Below, in pieces: positions 1-9,304 of a stretch of 34,500 bases of DNA. How positions within the stretch are numbered: position 1 is the first letter of the stretch; every line of letters begins with the position of its first letter. The stretch covers positions 1 through 34,500 of the forward strand of contig JAJRZV010000056.1 of NCBI GenBank assembly GCA_024275095.1, given 5' to 3'. This DNA comes from a bacterium. Its GTDB lineage: Bacteria > JAJRZV01. Below the pieces are notes generated by a model. The model saw nothing but the letters and a program-made list of their open reading frames with translations. It had not been told where the DNA came from and made no database searches. The position numbers were made by a program, and so were the translations under genes.

Positions 1-798
1 CCCGATTTTTTTGACGACTTCATAGGTGAGGTAATAGGGGGTTACATTATCAAGCTGCCCGACAATGACGGTAAAGGATGAAAGGCGCTTTAAGGTCCGC
101 AGAAGTTTCTGATGATTGAATAAAAAATTGTCACCCGTGTGGCCTTTTTTAATCCACAGATTTAAATCTTTGAGTACACCCGAGGGAATGGACCCCATGA
201 ATTTGCGCAGAGGGTTTTTTTCCAGTTCTTCGCTCGTCCAGTCATTGAAGTAGAGAAGTCTAGGAATGTCTTTCCGGGTACGAAATCGAGGAATGTGAAC
301 GCCCGCAAGTAACTGCCAGTTTACAGGTTCTTCTTTGCCTTCTGCCATTTCCAGCACTTTTACAAAAGCAGGAGAAAAGTTGTCTGGCTTGAGCACAGGG
401 GCAATGAACACGGTTCTGAATTTGTAATCTCCCACCGCCATTGCCTGCATGTAAGGAAGAGAGGCGATTCCATGCACAACCACTGCAAATCTGGGAATCA
501 TGATCTTTTCAAATGTTCGTTCTATGGCATAGGAGTAATCAGTGAGCGAATAATTTCCCTTTACAGGCGGAAAAAGAAACCAGGTGCTCCAGCACTTTGC
601 CTGGAGGTATTTGACCAGTGGCCGGTATGCGTCCGGTAAAACACCGGGCTCCGGCAATACAAGTACGCCTGTTTGACCACAACCACGGTGGTATTCCAGG
701 GTGAAATCGTTTCCCGCTGATACGTGGAAAGGGTAAATCCAAATCGTTAATGCGCAAACAACAAGGCCGGCAATTTTCTTTTCTGCATTCCTATTCAT
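1..798 (-). CDS. Secreted alpha/beta-hydrolase-fold protein, apparently lacking the catalytic nucleophile; runs off the window edge (not in ORF track)
   Basis: Hand translation from ATG at 798 is open to position 1 (266 codons): MNRNAEKKIAGLVVCALTIWIYPFHVSA (signal-like)...LVKYLQAKCWSTW...YSLTDY...VVVHGIAS...GSIPSGVLKDLNLWIKKG...VIVGQLDNVTP. These blocks are colinear with the upstream hydrolase. Start overlaps the upstream stop by 8 nt. Confidence 0.8.
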   Translation of the reverse strand, partial: MNRNAEKKIAGLVVCALTIWIYPFHVSAGNDFTLEYHRGCGQTGVLVLPEPGVLPDAYRPLVKYLQAKCWSTWFLFPPVKGNYSLTDYSYAIERTFEKIMIPRFAVVVHGIASLPYMQAMAVGDYKFRTVFIAPVLKPDNFSPAFVKVLEMAEGKEEPVNWQLLAGVHIPRFRTRKDIPRLLYFNDWTSEELEKNPLRKFMGSIPSGVLKDLNLWIKKGHTGDNFLFNHQKLLRTLKRLSSFTVIVGQLDNVTPYYLTYEVVKKIG

Positions 799-1903
799 CG
801 TGTTCCTCGAGCCACCGGTCTATGAGCGGATACACATCTTTTTCCGCGGGATCGCCGATGATGAGGTCCACGTGACCGTAGTCGGATGAGAATCCCGTGG
901 CCTCTGAGACAACAGTAAATCTTTTTTCCTGTGACGCGACGGCATCGTAAGCAGGCTTTATGTTGTGAGGAGGTGCAAGGTTGTCCAGGTTGCCGGCAAT
1001 GAATAAGATGGGCACCGTGATATTTTTCATTTGCTTTAAATAATCTACTGAACCATCCAGGGATAGAAATCTTCCCGTCCTGATGAAAGCGGCGAACTGT
1101 TGAATAACCCCGCCGGATATGTTGTCAACAGCAAGGGTCATGAGCTTGCGGATAAGGCGGGGTGTGAGATTCCCCGGATTCCATATGGCAAAATCGAAAG
1201 CCTGAAGGGGCACTTCACCGAGAGGTGCGGCAATGAGAGCAGCAGGTCTTGAAGGAATGAACCTGAATCCATGGGCAACGGTGCTGTACTTTTTTACGAG
1301 TTTCCACAAGCGCGCCGGTATGTCAAAGGATACCGGTGAAGCAACAGAGACAATGGATTGAATTTTCCGGTTTTTGTATACACCTGCATACGCATACATG
1401 ACCATGGTTCCCATGCTGTGACCCACCCAGTGTACTGCATCCACCCCGGTGCGTTCTGTAACGTAATCAATTACAGCAGGGAGGTCTTCGTTGACGTAGT
1501 CGTCAAAGGTAAAGTTGTAGGTTTTTCCTTTTAAAAGTGAGGGCTTGGTTCCTCTGTCTGCTCCCCTAAGGTTCACCATCCATACTTCAAACCCCTTTGA
1601 TTTAAGGTAGAAAGCAATGGAGTGTTCAGGCTCCAGGTCCCACGACCATTTATTGGAGCTGATGCCGTGGCATATGAGTACCGGGTGGTTTCTTTGGGGC
1701 GTATCCGGGTCTGGAAAATACCTGTAAAGAGCAAGTTCCCATCCCGAGGGGGTCTGTACCAGGTGAAATTCATCACTTTTGTGACGCTGGCCCCATAACG
1801 ACGTGGAAATGCAGCTCTCTGATACGATTGATCCAATACCCAGGCAAAACAGCGTTACTGTTATGGTGGAAATTTTCCGAACTTTTAAAGCACTGGATTT
1901 CAT
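791..1903 (-). CDS. Secreted alpha/beta hydrolase (lipase/esterase-like)
   Basis: Oxyanion HG (ICHGISS), nucleophile GHSMG, acid GNLDNL, His YGHVDL; N-terminal signal-like segment; ATGA overlap with upstream gene. Confidence 0.9.
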   Translation of the reverse strand: MKSSALKVRKISTITVTLFCLGIGSIVSESCISTSLWGQRHKSDEFHLVQTPSGWELALYRYFPDPDTPQRNHPVLICHGISSNKWSWDLEPEHSIAFYLKSKGFEVWMVNLRGADRGTKPSLLKGKTYNFTFDDYVNEDLPAVIDYVTERTGVDAVHWVGHSMGTMVMYAYAGVYKNRKIQSIVSVASPVSFDIPARLWKLVKKYSTVAHGFRFIPSRPAALIAAPLGEVPLQAFDFAIWNPGNLTPRLIRKLMTLAVDNISGGVIQQFAAFIRTGRFLSLDGSVDYLKQMKNITVPILFIAGNLDNLAPPHNIKPAYDAVASQEKRFTVVSEATGFSSDYGHVDLIIGDPAEKDVYPLIDRWLEEHDE

Positions 1904-3060
1904 GTAAGTTTATTATCATACCTCCCACGTTTTTTGGAGCGTTGTGAAAAGAAAAATAAAACGATAAAGGAAATGACAAACTCCTTGAGAGCCCATAAGG
2001 AATATCCGGATGGTGTGGTGGAACACGTACAACCACCTGCATCCTGCGTGTCATCAACGGGAATGTTGCCACTCACGATTTGAAACGCATCCGGCAGGTA
2101 GGCGTGCTGAGGTGAACCATTAACAACCTGCTCGATGATAACTGTGTATGTGCCGGTGTCCATATATGTAAGATTGAACAAAGCCTGAATGTGGCCCTGG
2201 TTGATGTAGCGGGTTTCCGCGGCCTGATGTGCTCCTTCGAGAGAGGCCTGGGGAGAGAGATACGCCACCGCATCCGAAGAAAAGTTTTTCCCGTAAATGT
2301 CGAGTGTAAATGTGTTTTCACCTCTTGAGCCCTGGTAAGGGTCAACACGTTCAATAACCGGATAATTTGATACCGGATAAAGAAAAACAACCCCGTCTAT
2401 GTCATCCTGATGGAGCGTGCGTTTTTCAGTATCGCACGGGGGCGAGGCGTAGTACATGGTCGCCCCTTCCACAGGAGTGTGATCAAGACCTATGAAATGA
2501 CCGATTTCATGGGTCACAATGTTCTGAACATCAACAACATCAGTGTCCACCTGGGGATTGCACGTGAGAGGGTCATTGATGATCCGCCACGTGTAGTGTT
2601 GCATGTTGAATTCTATGTCAGAAGAGATAATTTCTCCGGAATCTACATAGTACCAGTTTGTTGTCAGACCGATAACGGTGGGATCGTAAGGCCAGGTGCT
2701 TAACCACACGAGCAAGGATACAGAATCGGGGTAGAGACATGTGTTTGTGGGATTGTCAGCACACGGGGCTTCTTCCCCGATTTCCGTGAGCGTGGTATCA
2801 CCCATGTACCGGAAGGCGATGAAAGATTCCTCCACGCTTTCCCAGGCATTGAAAGAGTTTTGGATTGCATTGAGCAGGGCATTCGGATCAGTAATGTCTG
2901 TACACGAAGCCAGGTTGACGCTGTACTCGACCCTGTCTCCCGGTTGAATGAACCACCTGAGTGTGGCCCCCGATTCGGATTTTTCAACCACATACGAAAA
3001 TGCGAACAGATGAAACATTACGACAAATGTTAACGTGTACATAAACAGGCGAGTATTCAA
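1900..3060 (-). CDS. Matrixin (M10-like) zinc metalloprotease with Ig/IPT-like domain and C-terminal GGC-type (MYXO-CTERM-like) anchor
   Basis: HEIGHFIGLDH zinc motif, Met-turn ATMY, SDIEFN; beta-rich PVIERVDP...IYGKNF domain; GGCTC + hydrophobic helix + RSKKRGR tail; TTG start with GGAGG upstream. Confidence 0.88.
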   Translation of the reverse strand: MNTRLFMYTLTFVVMFHLFAFSYVVEKSESGATLRWFIQPGDRVEYSVNLASCTDITDPNALLNAIQNSFNAWESVEESFIAFRYMGDTTLTEIGEEAPCADNPTNTCLYPDSVSLLVWLSTWPYDPTVIGLTTNWYYVDSGEIISSDIEFNMQHYTWRIINDPLTCNPQVDTDVVDVQNIVTHEIGHFIGLDHTPVEGATMYYASPPCDTEKRTLHQDDIDGVVFLYPVSNYPVIERVDPYQGSRGENTFTLDIYGKNFSSDAVAYLSPQASLEGAHQAAETRYINQGHIQALFNLTYMDTGTYTVIIEQVVNGSPQHAYLPDAFQIVSGNIPVDDTQDAGGCTCSTTPSGYSLWALKEFVISFIVLFFFSQRSKKRGRYDNKLT

Positions 3061-3075
3061 TCTCCCAACCTCCTT

Positions 3076-3615
3076 TTATTTCCTGAACAGCGAAATAAAT
3101 TCATCCAGCGGGATGCGTTTTACCTTGCGCCCATTGAACACAACATATGGAAGTGCAAGTGGCTTGAGGTATGAGCGTTCGGTTTGCGAATCAAATACTT
3201 TCATAAACACACCCTGGTTGAATCCCGCAATTGAATATCCAGGGGCGGGAATATCAGGTTTCGTGAGAATGAACACGTAGTTCTGTCTCTTTTCCAGGCG
3301 CGGGGCCCCGGCGACTTTCGCACCGATATTGCCTTTTTCTCCGCCCGGTATGTCCACGAAATATTGAGCCCCTTCTTCGCAACCAATGTAGCACACAAGG
3401 GCTCTTAAATAATACCTGGTAAAAATGTGGCGATTGTTAACGGATACAGTATCTATTGAGGTCACCTTGAACAGGCCAGCCATTTTGGCGGATGCTGCCA
3501 GTTCTTTCAGGTCTTTCAATTTTACAACCGTTGCCCTTGCTGAGTGTACGGTCAGAACAGTGATGCAAAGGACGACAAAAGCATTCAAAACGGTCCGTAT
3601 TTTGTGATGAATCAT
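3076..3615 (-). CDS. Secreted protein resembling the N-terminal pro-domain often found with matrixin proteases
   Basis: Signal peptide ending ARA; pattern ATVVKLKDLKELA...IFTRY...IPGG..G...VAGAPRL...FIL...GFNQGVF; SD GGAGG upstream. Confidence 0.7.
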   Translation of the reverse strand: MIHHKIRTVLNAFVVLCITVLTVHSARATVVKLKDLKELAASAKMAGLFKVTSIDTVSVNNRHIFTRYYLRALVCYIGCEEGAQYFVDIPGGEKGNIGAKVAGAPRLEKRQNYVFILTKPDIPAPGYSIAGFNQGVFMKVFDSQTERSYLKPLALPYVVFNGRKVKRIPLDEFISLFRK

Positions 3616-3669
3616 TTTAAGTCCCCCTCCTTCCCATAATCTTTGTATTCCCCTTTCGAGCCCTCACGA

Positions 3670-3698
3670 TTGAGAATATAACATAAACATTTTATCAT
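3670..3698 (+). promoter_or_regulatory. Putative sigma70 promoter for gltX
   Basis: TTGAGA (3670-3675), 17-nt spacer, TATCAT (3693-3698). Confidence 0.6.
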
Positions 3699-3708
3699 TC
3701 ACCAACAG

Positions 3709-5139
3709 ATGACGCATCATAAGGAAGAAATAATCAGGGTCAGGTTTGCCCCCTCACCAACGGGTCACCTTCACATTGGGGGCGCGCGGACGGCTCTTTA
3801 TAACTTCCTGTATGCAAGGCATGCGGGAGGCCAGTTTATCCTTCGCATAGAGGATACGGATGTGGAAAGGTCTGAACAGAGGTTTGTGGATGCAATCATC
3901 CACGACCTCCAGTGGCTGGGTATTAGCTGGGATGAAGGACCTGTGTTTCAATCGGATAGATTGGATATTTATCGTGAGTACGTGGAAAAACTCCTGGAAC
4001 AGGGCCGTGCGTACCGGTGCTACTGTACGCCCGAGGAGCTGGAGAGAAAAAGAAAAAAGGCTGTTGCCGAGGGTAAAAGACCCGGCTACGATGGTACGTG
4101 TCGCAACAGGAAATTACCCGGTGAGGGCCCCTTTACCGTAAGATTGAAGACACCGGATACAGGAAGTGTGAGTTTCACAGATGTACTAAGGGGTGAGGTG
4201 GTCTGGCAGTGCCAGGAAATTGAAGACTTTATTATTATGCGCAGCAACGGTATTCCCACGTATAACTTCACGGCGGTAATCGATGATGCACTGATGGGGA
4301 TTACTCACGTAATTCGCGGCGATGACCACATCGCCAATACACCACGGCAGCTTCTCATTTACCGTGCACTTCAATTTGAGCCTCCTGTGTTCGCGCATAT
4401 TCCTTTAATTGTCGGTCCGGACCGTGCTCCTTTGAGCAAACGACATGGAGCCGTGGCTGTATCCGCTTTCAGGGAAATGGGATTCCTGGCGGAAGCGATG
4501 GTCAATTACATTGCGCGTTTGGGATGGGGATATGGAGACCAGGAAATTTTTTCGATGGAAGAACTTATAGAACTTTTTGACGTAAAGGACGTAAACCGTT
4601 CACCCGCTACTTTTGATATAGAGAAATTACGGTGGATGAATTCACACTACATTCAACAGAAGAGGCCCGGGGAGCTGGCCGGTCTTTTGAAACCATTCAT
4701 GGACAAGCGCGGCCTTCCATGTCCTTCCGGCGATTCGAAATTTTTGATGTTGGTCAGGGAACTTCAACCGCGTGCAAAGACACTTGACGAAATGGCTGAA
4801 GGAGCAGCGTTCTTCTTCCGTGCTCCTGAATTCTACGACGATAGGGGCCTGAGGAAATTTTGCGGGAAGGAGGGAAGACAGTACCTGAGAATGATTCGAA
4901 ACGAACTTGCTCAGCTTTCTTCCAGTGCATCAAGAGATGAAATTCAGAAAGTTTTTGAAAAGGTGATGGAAACTACAGGTGCAAAAATGATAAAACTGGC
5001 TCAACCTGTAAGATTGGCCCTCACCGGAAAAACTGTGAGCCCTGGTATTTTTGAAATCATTGAAATTCTGGGAGTAGAAGAAGCAGTTAAAAGGATTGAT
5101 TTATTGTTACAGTACATTAAAGAAAATGAAATTTCATAA
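3709..5139 (+). CDS. gltX: Glutamate--tRNA ligase
   Basis: RFAPSPTG, HIGG (HIGH), LRIEDTD, CYC...YDGTC, VIRGDDH, PLSKRHG (KMSKS), anticodon domain RLALTG...SPG. Confidence 0.98.
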   Translation: MTHHKEEIIRVRFAPSPTGHLHIGGARTALYNFLYARHAGGQFILRIEDTDVERSEQRFVDAIIHDLQWLGISWDEGPVFQSDRLDIYREYVEKLLEQGRAYRCYCTPEELERKRKKAVAEGKRPGYDGTCRNRKLPGEGPFTVRLKTPDTGSVSFTDVLRGEVVWQCQEIEDFIIMRSNGIPTYNFTAVIDDALMGITHVIRGDDHIANTPRQLLIYRALQFEPPVFAHIPLIVGPDRAPLSKRHGAVAVSAFREMGFLAEAMVNYIARLGWGYGDQEIFSMEELIELFDVKDVNRSPATFDIEKLRWMNSHYIQQKRPGELAGLLKPFMDKRGLPCPSGDSKFLMLVRELQPRAKTLDEMAEGAAFFFRAPEFYDDRGLRKFCGKEGRQYLRMIRNELAQLSSSASRDEIQKVFEKVMETTGAKMIKLAQPVRLALTGKTVSPGIFEIIEILGVEEAVKRIDLLLQYIKENEIS

Positions 5140-5677
5140 AATTTTCCTTATCCTTATTGTTTCAACTTCAACATTGCTGACAGGAGGATGTTCATATACT
5201 CTTATGACGTATGCTCCCTATGATTTCTATCTGGACAGGGTGATTAATAAAACAAATATACCACTTGCAGATGTGATTTTGGAGCGTGCACTTAAAGAAG
5301 AGATGAGACTGTATCGCGCACATCCGCAAAGTGTTACGGGAGGTGTGTTTCCTGTAAGGGCCGCTTTCACGGGGTTCGGTGTTTATACCGCCATCTATTC
5401 ACCAAGTGTTCCCATGCAGGGCGCACGCGCCAGTACCTCTGTGTACGTACTCGACTCGTGTGGCAGAAAAGTCCTGGCCCGGAGTTTCACCTATACATGG
5501 AATTTCCCCACCGAGAGTACCATCAAGCGAACCGAGATTCAAAAAAGTCGCGTTATGGAGATCGTTATTGCCGGCCTTGCCAGGGAAATTGCCACGTGGT
5601 TGGCCGCAGCGAAAAAAAGATTGTCCAGGGTGTTAGAAAAAAGTGAAGCCGAACGTCATTATTGTCCAGACAGATAG
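5126..5677 (+). CDS. lptE: LptE-like lipoprotein (LPS assembly), divergent
   Basis: Start better at ATG 5126 (MKFHK...LLTGGC lipobox, followed by CSY); INKT motif; C-terminal helix LAREIA; sits directly before holA, as lptE usually does. Confidence 0.6.
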   Translation: MKFHKIFLILIVSTSTLLTGGCSYTLMTYAPYDFYLDRVINKTNIPLADVILERALKEEMRLYRAHPQSVTGGVFPVRAAFTGFGVYTAIYSPSVPMQGARASTSVYVLDSCGRKVLARSFTYTWNFPTESTIKRTEIQKSRVMEIVIAGLAREIATWLAAAKKRLSRVLEKSEAERHYCPDR

Positions 5678-6578
5678 TGTTGAACTCTTTCAGGAATTCT
5701 TAAAGACGTTAGCGTCTTCTCTTCATTCTCCTACGATTGAGAAATATGATGGAGATGCCCAGGATGTTCCACGACTTGTTACAGGCGTCCTAAACACCAA
5801 TCTTTTTTCACCAAAAAAGCTGGCCGTGATTCGAATCAGCGAGAAGAGTCGTTTAAAGATGGTACCGGAGTTGCTGGATCGTCTTCACAATGTCCCGGAG
5901 AGTACAACCGTGGTGATTGAGCTGCTTCGAACAGGTATCGAGCAACGAATTAAGAAAACAGCAGAGTCGTTTAATGTACCTGTTAAAGTACTCGGAGATA
6001 GCACACGCCAGGCCAGACAAAAAGTTTCCAGGGTACAGAATCTCCTGGAAAAGAAAGGTCTGAAGGCTACACGTGATGCCGTCAGCTTGCTCGAAGCACT
6101 TGCGGAAGATTTCGATACACTTGCAGGGGAAATTGATAAACTCGCAGTTTTCAAGAGCGGAACCGGTGACGTTACGGTGACCCGTAACGATGTAATGCTT
6201 CTGATAGCCCTGCCCGCAAGCTTCGACCTTTTTGCCTTTATCAATGCGCTCTTGCTGGGCAGAAGAAAGGAGATGTTAAGAATGATTCGATCACTCGAAG
6301 AGACAGGAGCTCCGGATATGATCATGCGTATTATTCACCTGGCTGCGCGACAGGTTATGGCTGCCGTGATGGTTACACAGGGAGTGAATGCCCAGCAAAT
6401 CGTCAGCGTTTTGCGAGTGCCCTCGTTCGCTGTGCGCCGAATCGAAAAAATGCGTGCAAACCTTAATCCTGCAAGGCTTGCAGAAACACTTGAACTTCTG
6501 GTGAACCTCGATGTGGCCCTCAAGTTTCGCAGAACCAGTCCTGCTGATGCAGCCGTAAGACTTGCGTTGAATACTTAA
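5643..6578 (+). CDS. holA: DNA polymerase III subunit delta
   Basis: NLFSPKKLAVIR, EIDKLAVF, FDLFAFINALL, LVNLDVALK; size and position after lptE. Confidence 0.85.
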   Translation: MKPNVIIVQTDSVELFQEFLKTLASSLHSPTIEKYDGDAQDVPRLVTGVLNTNLFSPKKLAVIRISEKSRLKMVPELLDRLHNVPESTTVVIELLRTGIEQRIKKTAESFNVPVKVLGDSTRQARQKVSRVQNLLEKKGLKATRDAVSLLEALAEDFDTLAGEIDKLAVFKSGTGDVTVTRNDVMLLIALPASFDLFAFINALLLGRRKEMLRMIRSLEETGAPDMIMRIIHLAARQVMAAVMVTQGVNAQQIVSVLRVPSFAVRRIEKMRANLNPARLAETLELLVNLDVALKFRRTSPADAAVRLALNT

Positions 6579-7852
6579 CCGGTTTTGTGAATGGCCTGAT
6601 AAGCGATGTCCCTTCGGTAATGCAAACCATCCCACCGGATCTTTTTTACAGCCGTGTAAGCCTTGTCGGCCGCGGTAGCCACATTACTTCCGAGAGCTGT
6701 TACACCGAGTACCCGTCCGCCCGAAGTGTAAAAATAACCTTCTTTAAATGTTGTACCGGCGTGGAAAACTTTTACTTTTTCCATTTTTTCCACTTCGTCC
6801 AGCCCTTCTATCTGTTTACCTTTTTCGTATGCTCCAGGATAGCCCGCAGACGCCATTACCACGCACACTGCTGCTTCGGTACTGAATGATACAGAGGTTT
6901 TGCCCAGCTCCTTATTCCAGGTTGCCTGCAAAAGCTCCAGCAAAGGAGTGTCCAGGCGCATGATCAAAGGCTGGGCTTCCGGGTCACCAAAGCGAACGTT
7001 AAACTCCAGCACGTAAGGTTCTCCATCTACCATCATAAGTCCTGCATAAATCACCCCGCGATACTCTATGCCTCGTTTGTGGAGGGCCTCTGCAAGCCGT
7101 GAAAATACTTTCGTTTTTATTTTTTCTACAGTTTCAGAAGAGATGAACGGTACCGGCGAATAAGCGCCCATACCACCCGTGTTCGGTCCCTTGTCCCCAT
7201 CAAATACCCTTTTGTGATCCTGTGAGAGGTCGAAAAAGAGAAAGTCGCGCCCGTCGAAAAGGGCGATGGCCGAGCATTCGTATCCCTCCAGCCTTTCTTC
7301 TACAACAATTCTGGCTCCTGCTTCTCCAAATTCTTTTTTCACCATAATGCGATCTACAGCATGGAGAGCTTCCTCCACGCTTTCGGGTACAATCACCCCT
7401 TTACCTGCAGCAAGCCCATCTGCTTTTACGACCCATGCGCGGTTGCTCTTTTTTATAAAGCTTGCTGCGTCTTCGGGGTTGCTGAATACATGAAATTCTG
7501 CAGTGGGAATCTTCGCCTCTTTCATAAGCTCTTTTGCAAACACCTTGCTCCCTTCGAGCAGTGCTCCTGCGCGTGGAGGGCCGATAATAGGAAGGTTGCG
7601 GCTATGGAATTCGTCCGCAAGCCCTGCAACAAGAGGTGCTTCAGGCCCTGCTATCGTGAGGTTAACTCTTTCTTTCTCTGCAAAATCAGCAAGTGCTTTT
7701 GTATCTGTGGCCGCGATGTTTACATTGTTAAATTCAACAGCGGTACCACCGTTGCCGGGGGCACAGAAGATTTTTACACCACCTGTTCTGGAAATTCCCC
7801 AGGCTATGGCATGTTCACGACCACCGCCTCCCACTATGAGAACTTTCATCAT
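6575..7852 (-). CDS. purD: Phosphoribosylamine--glycine ligase
   Basis: MKVLIVGGGGREHA, GPEAPL, LEGSK, KADGLAAGKGV, QDHKR, GPNTGGMGAY, EFNVRFGDPE; true start 7852/7849 after GGAGG. Confidence 0.98.
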   Translation of the reverse strand: MMKVLIVGGGGREHAIAWGISRTGGVKIFCAPGNGGTAVEFNNVNIAATDTKALADFAEKERVNLTIAGPEAPLVAGLADEFHSRNLPIIGPPRAGALLEGSKVFAKELMKEAKIPTAEFHVFSNPEDAASFIKKSNRAWVVKADGLAAGKGVIVPESVEEALHAVDRIMVKKEFGEAGARIVVEERLEGYECSAIALFDGRDFLFFDLSQDHKRVFDGDKGPNTGGMGAYSPVPFISSETVEKIKTKVFSRLAEALHKRGIEYRGVIYAGLMMVDGEPYVLEFNVRFGDPEAQPLIMRLDTPLLELLQATWNKELGKTSVSFSTEAAVCVVMASAGYPGAYEKGKQIEGLDEVEKMEKVKVFHAGTTFKEGYFYTSGGRVLGVTALGSNVATAADKAYTAVKKIRWDGLHYRRDIAYQAIHKTG

Positions 7853-8039
7853 TTCACCTCCGTTAAGGAGCTGGTACGGTTTTATAAGAGAATAGCAACC
7901 TTCTACGAGATTCGCCATATTATGCAACACAAGCATGTGTTCGCTGGCGCAAACTCACGTTTCGTGGTAAATTTCAAGACACAGGATTGGCAAGAAGCCA
8001 GAATGTCCAAAAGCATTATTGCGTGGATGGAGGTGTAAA

Positions 8040-9299
8040 ATGAGTAGTCCGAGGAATATCGTCGAAGACATAGTCCGAAGAGCCAAAAAAGCTTCATTTA
8101 TCATGGCCAAGGCGAATGAAAGCGCCAAGAACCGGGCACTCGAGATTATAGCGCAGAACCTGGTGGCCAAACATAAAGAAATCGTAAGAGCCAACTCGGT
8201 GGACATATCGAACGCACGGAAGAAGAAACTTTCCAGCGCCATGATTGACAGGTTGAGGCTTAACAAGGAAAGGATAGAGGAAATGGCGGAAACCATTATG
8301 GATATAGTAAACCTTCCAGATCCCGTTGGTGAAATCACACGCATATGGAAAAGACCAAATGGGTTGCTCGTCGGTAAGATGAGAATTCCCATCGGTGTGA
8401 TAGGAATTATTTACGAGTCCCGCCCGAACGTTACGTCTGATGCAGCGGCTCTGTGCATAAAATCAGGCAACGCGGTGGTTTTGCGCGGTGGTTCTGAAGC
8501 CATCAATACCAACATGGTCATCGCCTCTATTATCAAAAGTTCTATGAAAATGGCAGGACTTCCGGAGGATGGTGTTCAGGTTGTTCCCACCACGGACCGG
8601 GAGGCAGTGCTTCACATTCTTACGCTTGAGGATTACATTGATCTTATTATTCCCCGGGGTGGAGAAGGGCTGATTAAATTTGTGGTAGAAAACTCCCGCA
8701 TTCCCGTGGTCAAACATTATAAAGGTGTGTGTCACATATATGTGGATGAATACGCGGATATGAATAAGGCCGTGAACATTACGGTCAACGCGAAGGTTCA
8801 GAGACCGAGTGTATGTAATGCTGTTGAAACATTGCTCGTGCACGAAAAAATCGCCCGGAAGTTCCTTCCCATCGTGGGTAAGGAGCTTAAAAAACACGGT
8901 GTTGAGATCCGGGGTTGCCGGCGGACAGCAGGAATTCTCAAGGGCATTAAACGTGCTTCTGAAGACGACTGGTATGCAGAGTACCTAGACATGATACTGG
9001 CGGTGAAGGTCGTCAGGAGCATTGAAGAGGCTATTGAACACATAGAAACTTACGGTTCATCCCATACGGAGAGTATTGTTACGGAAAATTATACAAACGC
9101 CATGAAATTCCTTACAGAGGTGAACTCTTCATCAGTGATGGTTAATGCTTCTACACGTTTCAGTGATGGTAACCAATACGGTCTTGGAGCAGAAATGGGC
9201 ATCAGCACCACAAAGCTCCACGCATATGGTCCCATGGGACTTGAAGGTCTTACAATTGAAAAATTTATTGTTTTCGGACAGGGTCAGATCAGGGAGTAG
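8040..9299 (+). CDS. proA: Gamma-glutamyl phosphate reductase
   Basis: [51 protein letters not shown]; start ATG 8040 after GGAGG. Confidence 0.98.
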   Translation: MSSPRNIVEDIVRRAKKASFIMAKANESAKNRALEIIAQNLVAKHKEIVRANSVDISNARKKKLSSAMIDRLRLNKERIEEMAETIMDIVNLPDPVGEITRIWKRPNGLLVGKMRIPIGVIGIIYESRPNVTSDAAALCIKSGNAVVLRGGSEAINTNMVIASIIKSSMKMAGLPEDGVQVVPTTDREAVLHILTLEDYIDLIIPRGGEGLIKFVVENSRIPVVKHYKGVCHIYVDEYADMNKAVNITVNAKVQRPSVCNAVETLLVHEKIARKFLPIVGKELKKHGVEIRGCRRTAGILKGIKRASEDDWYAEYLDMILAVKVVRSIEEAIEHIETYGSSHTESIVTENYTNAMKFLTEVNSSSVMVNASTRFSDGNQYGLGAEMGISTTKLHAYGPMGLEGLTIEKFIVFGQGQIRE

Positions 9300-9304
9300 G
9301 AGCG

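Noticed and set aside
539-757. 72-aa ORF in the track
   Set aside because: Alternative frame of the longer 798 to <1 ORF, which has a signal peptide and paralog similarity.
7361-8038. 225-aa plus-strand ORF
   Set aside because: Antisense shadow of purD with no recognisable motifs.
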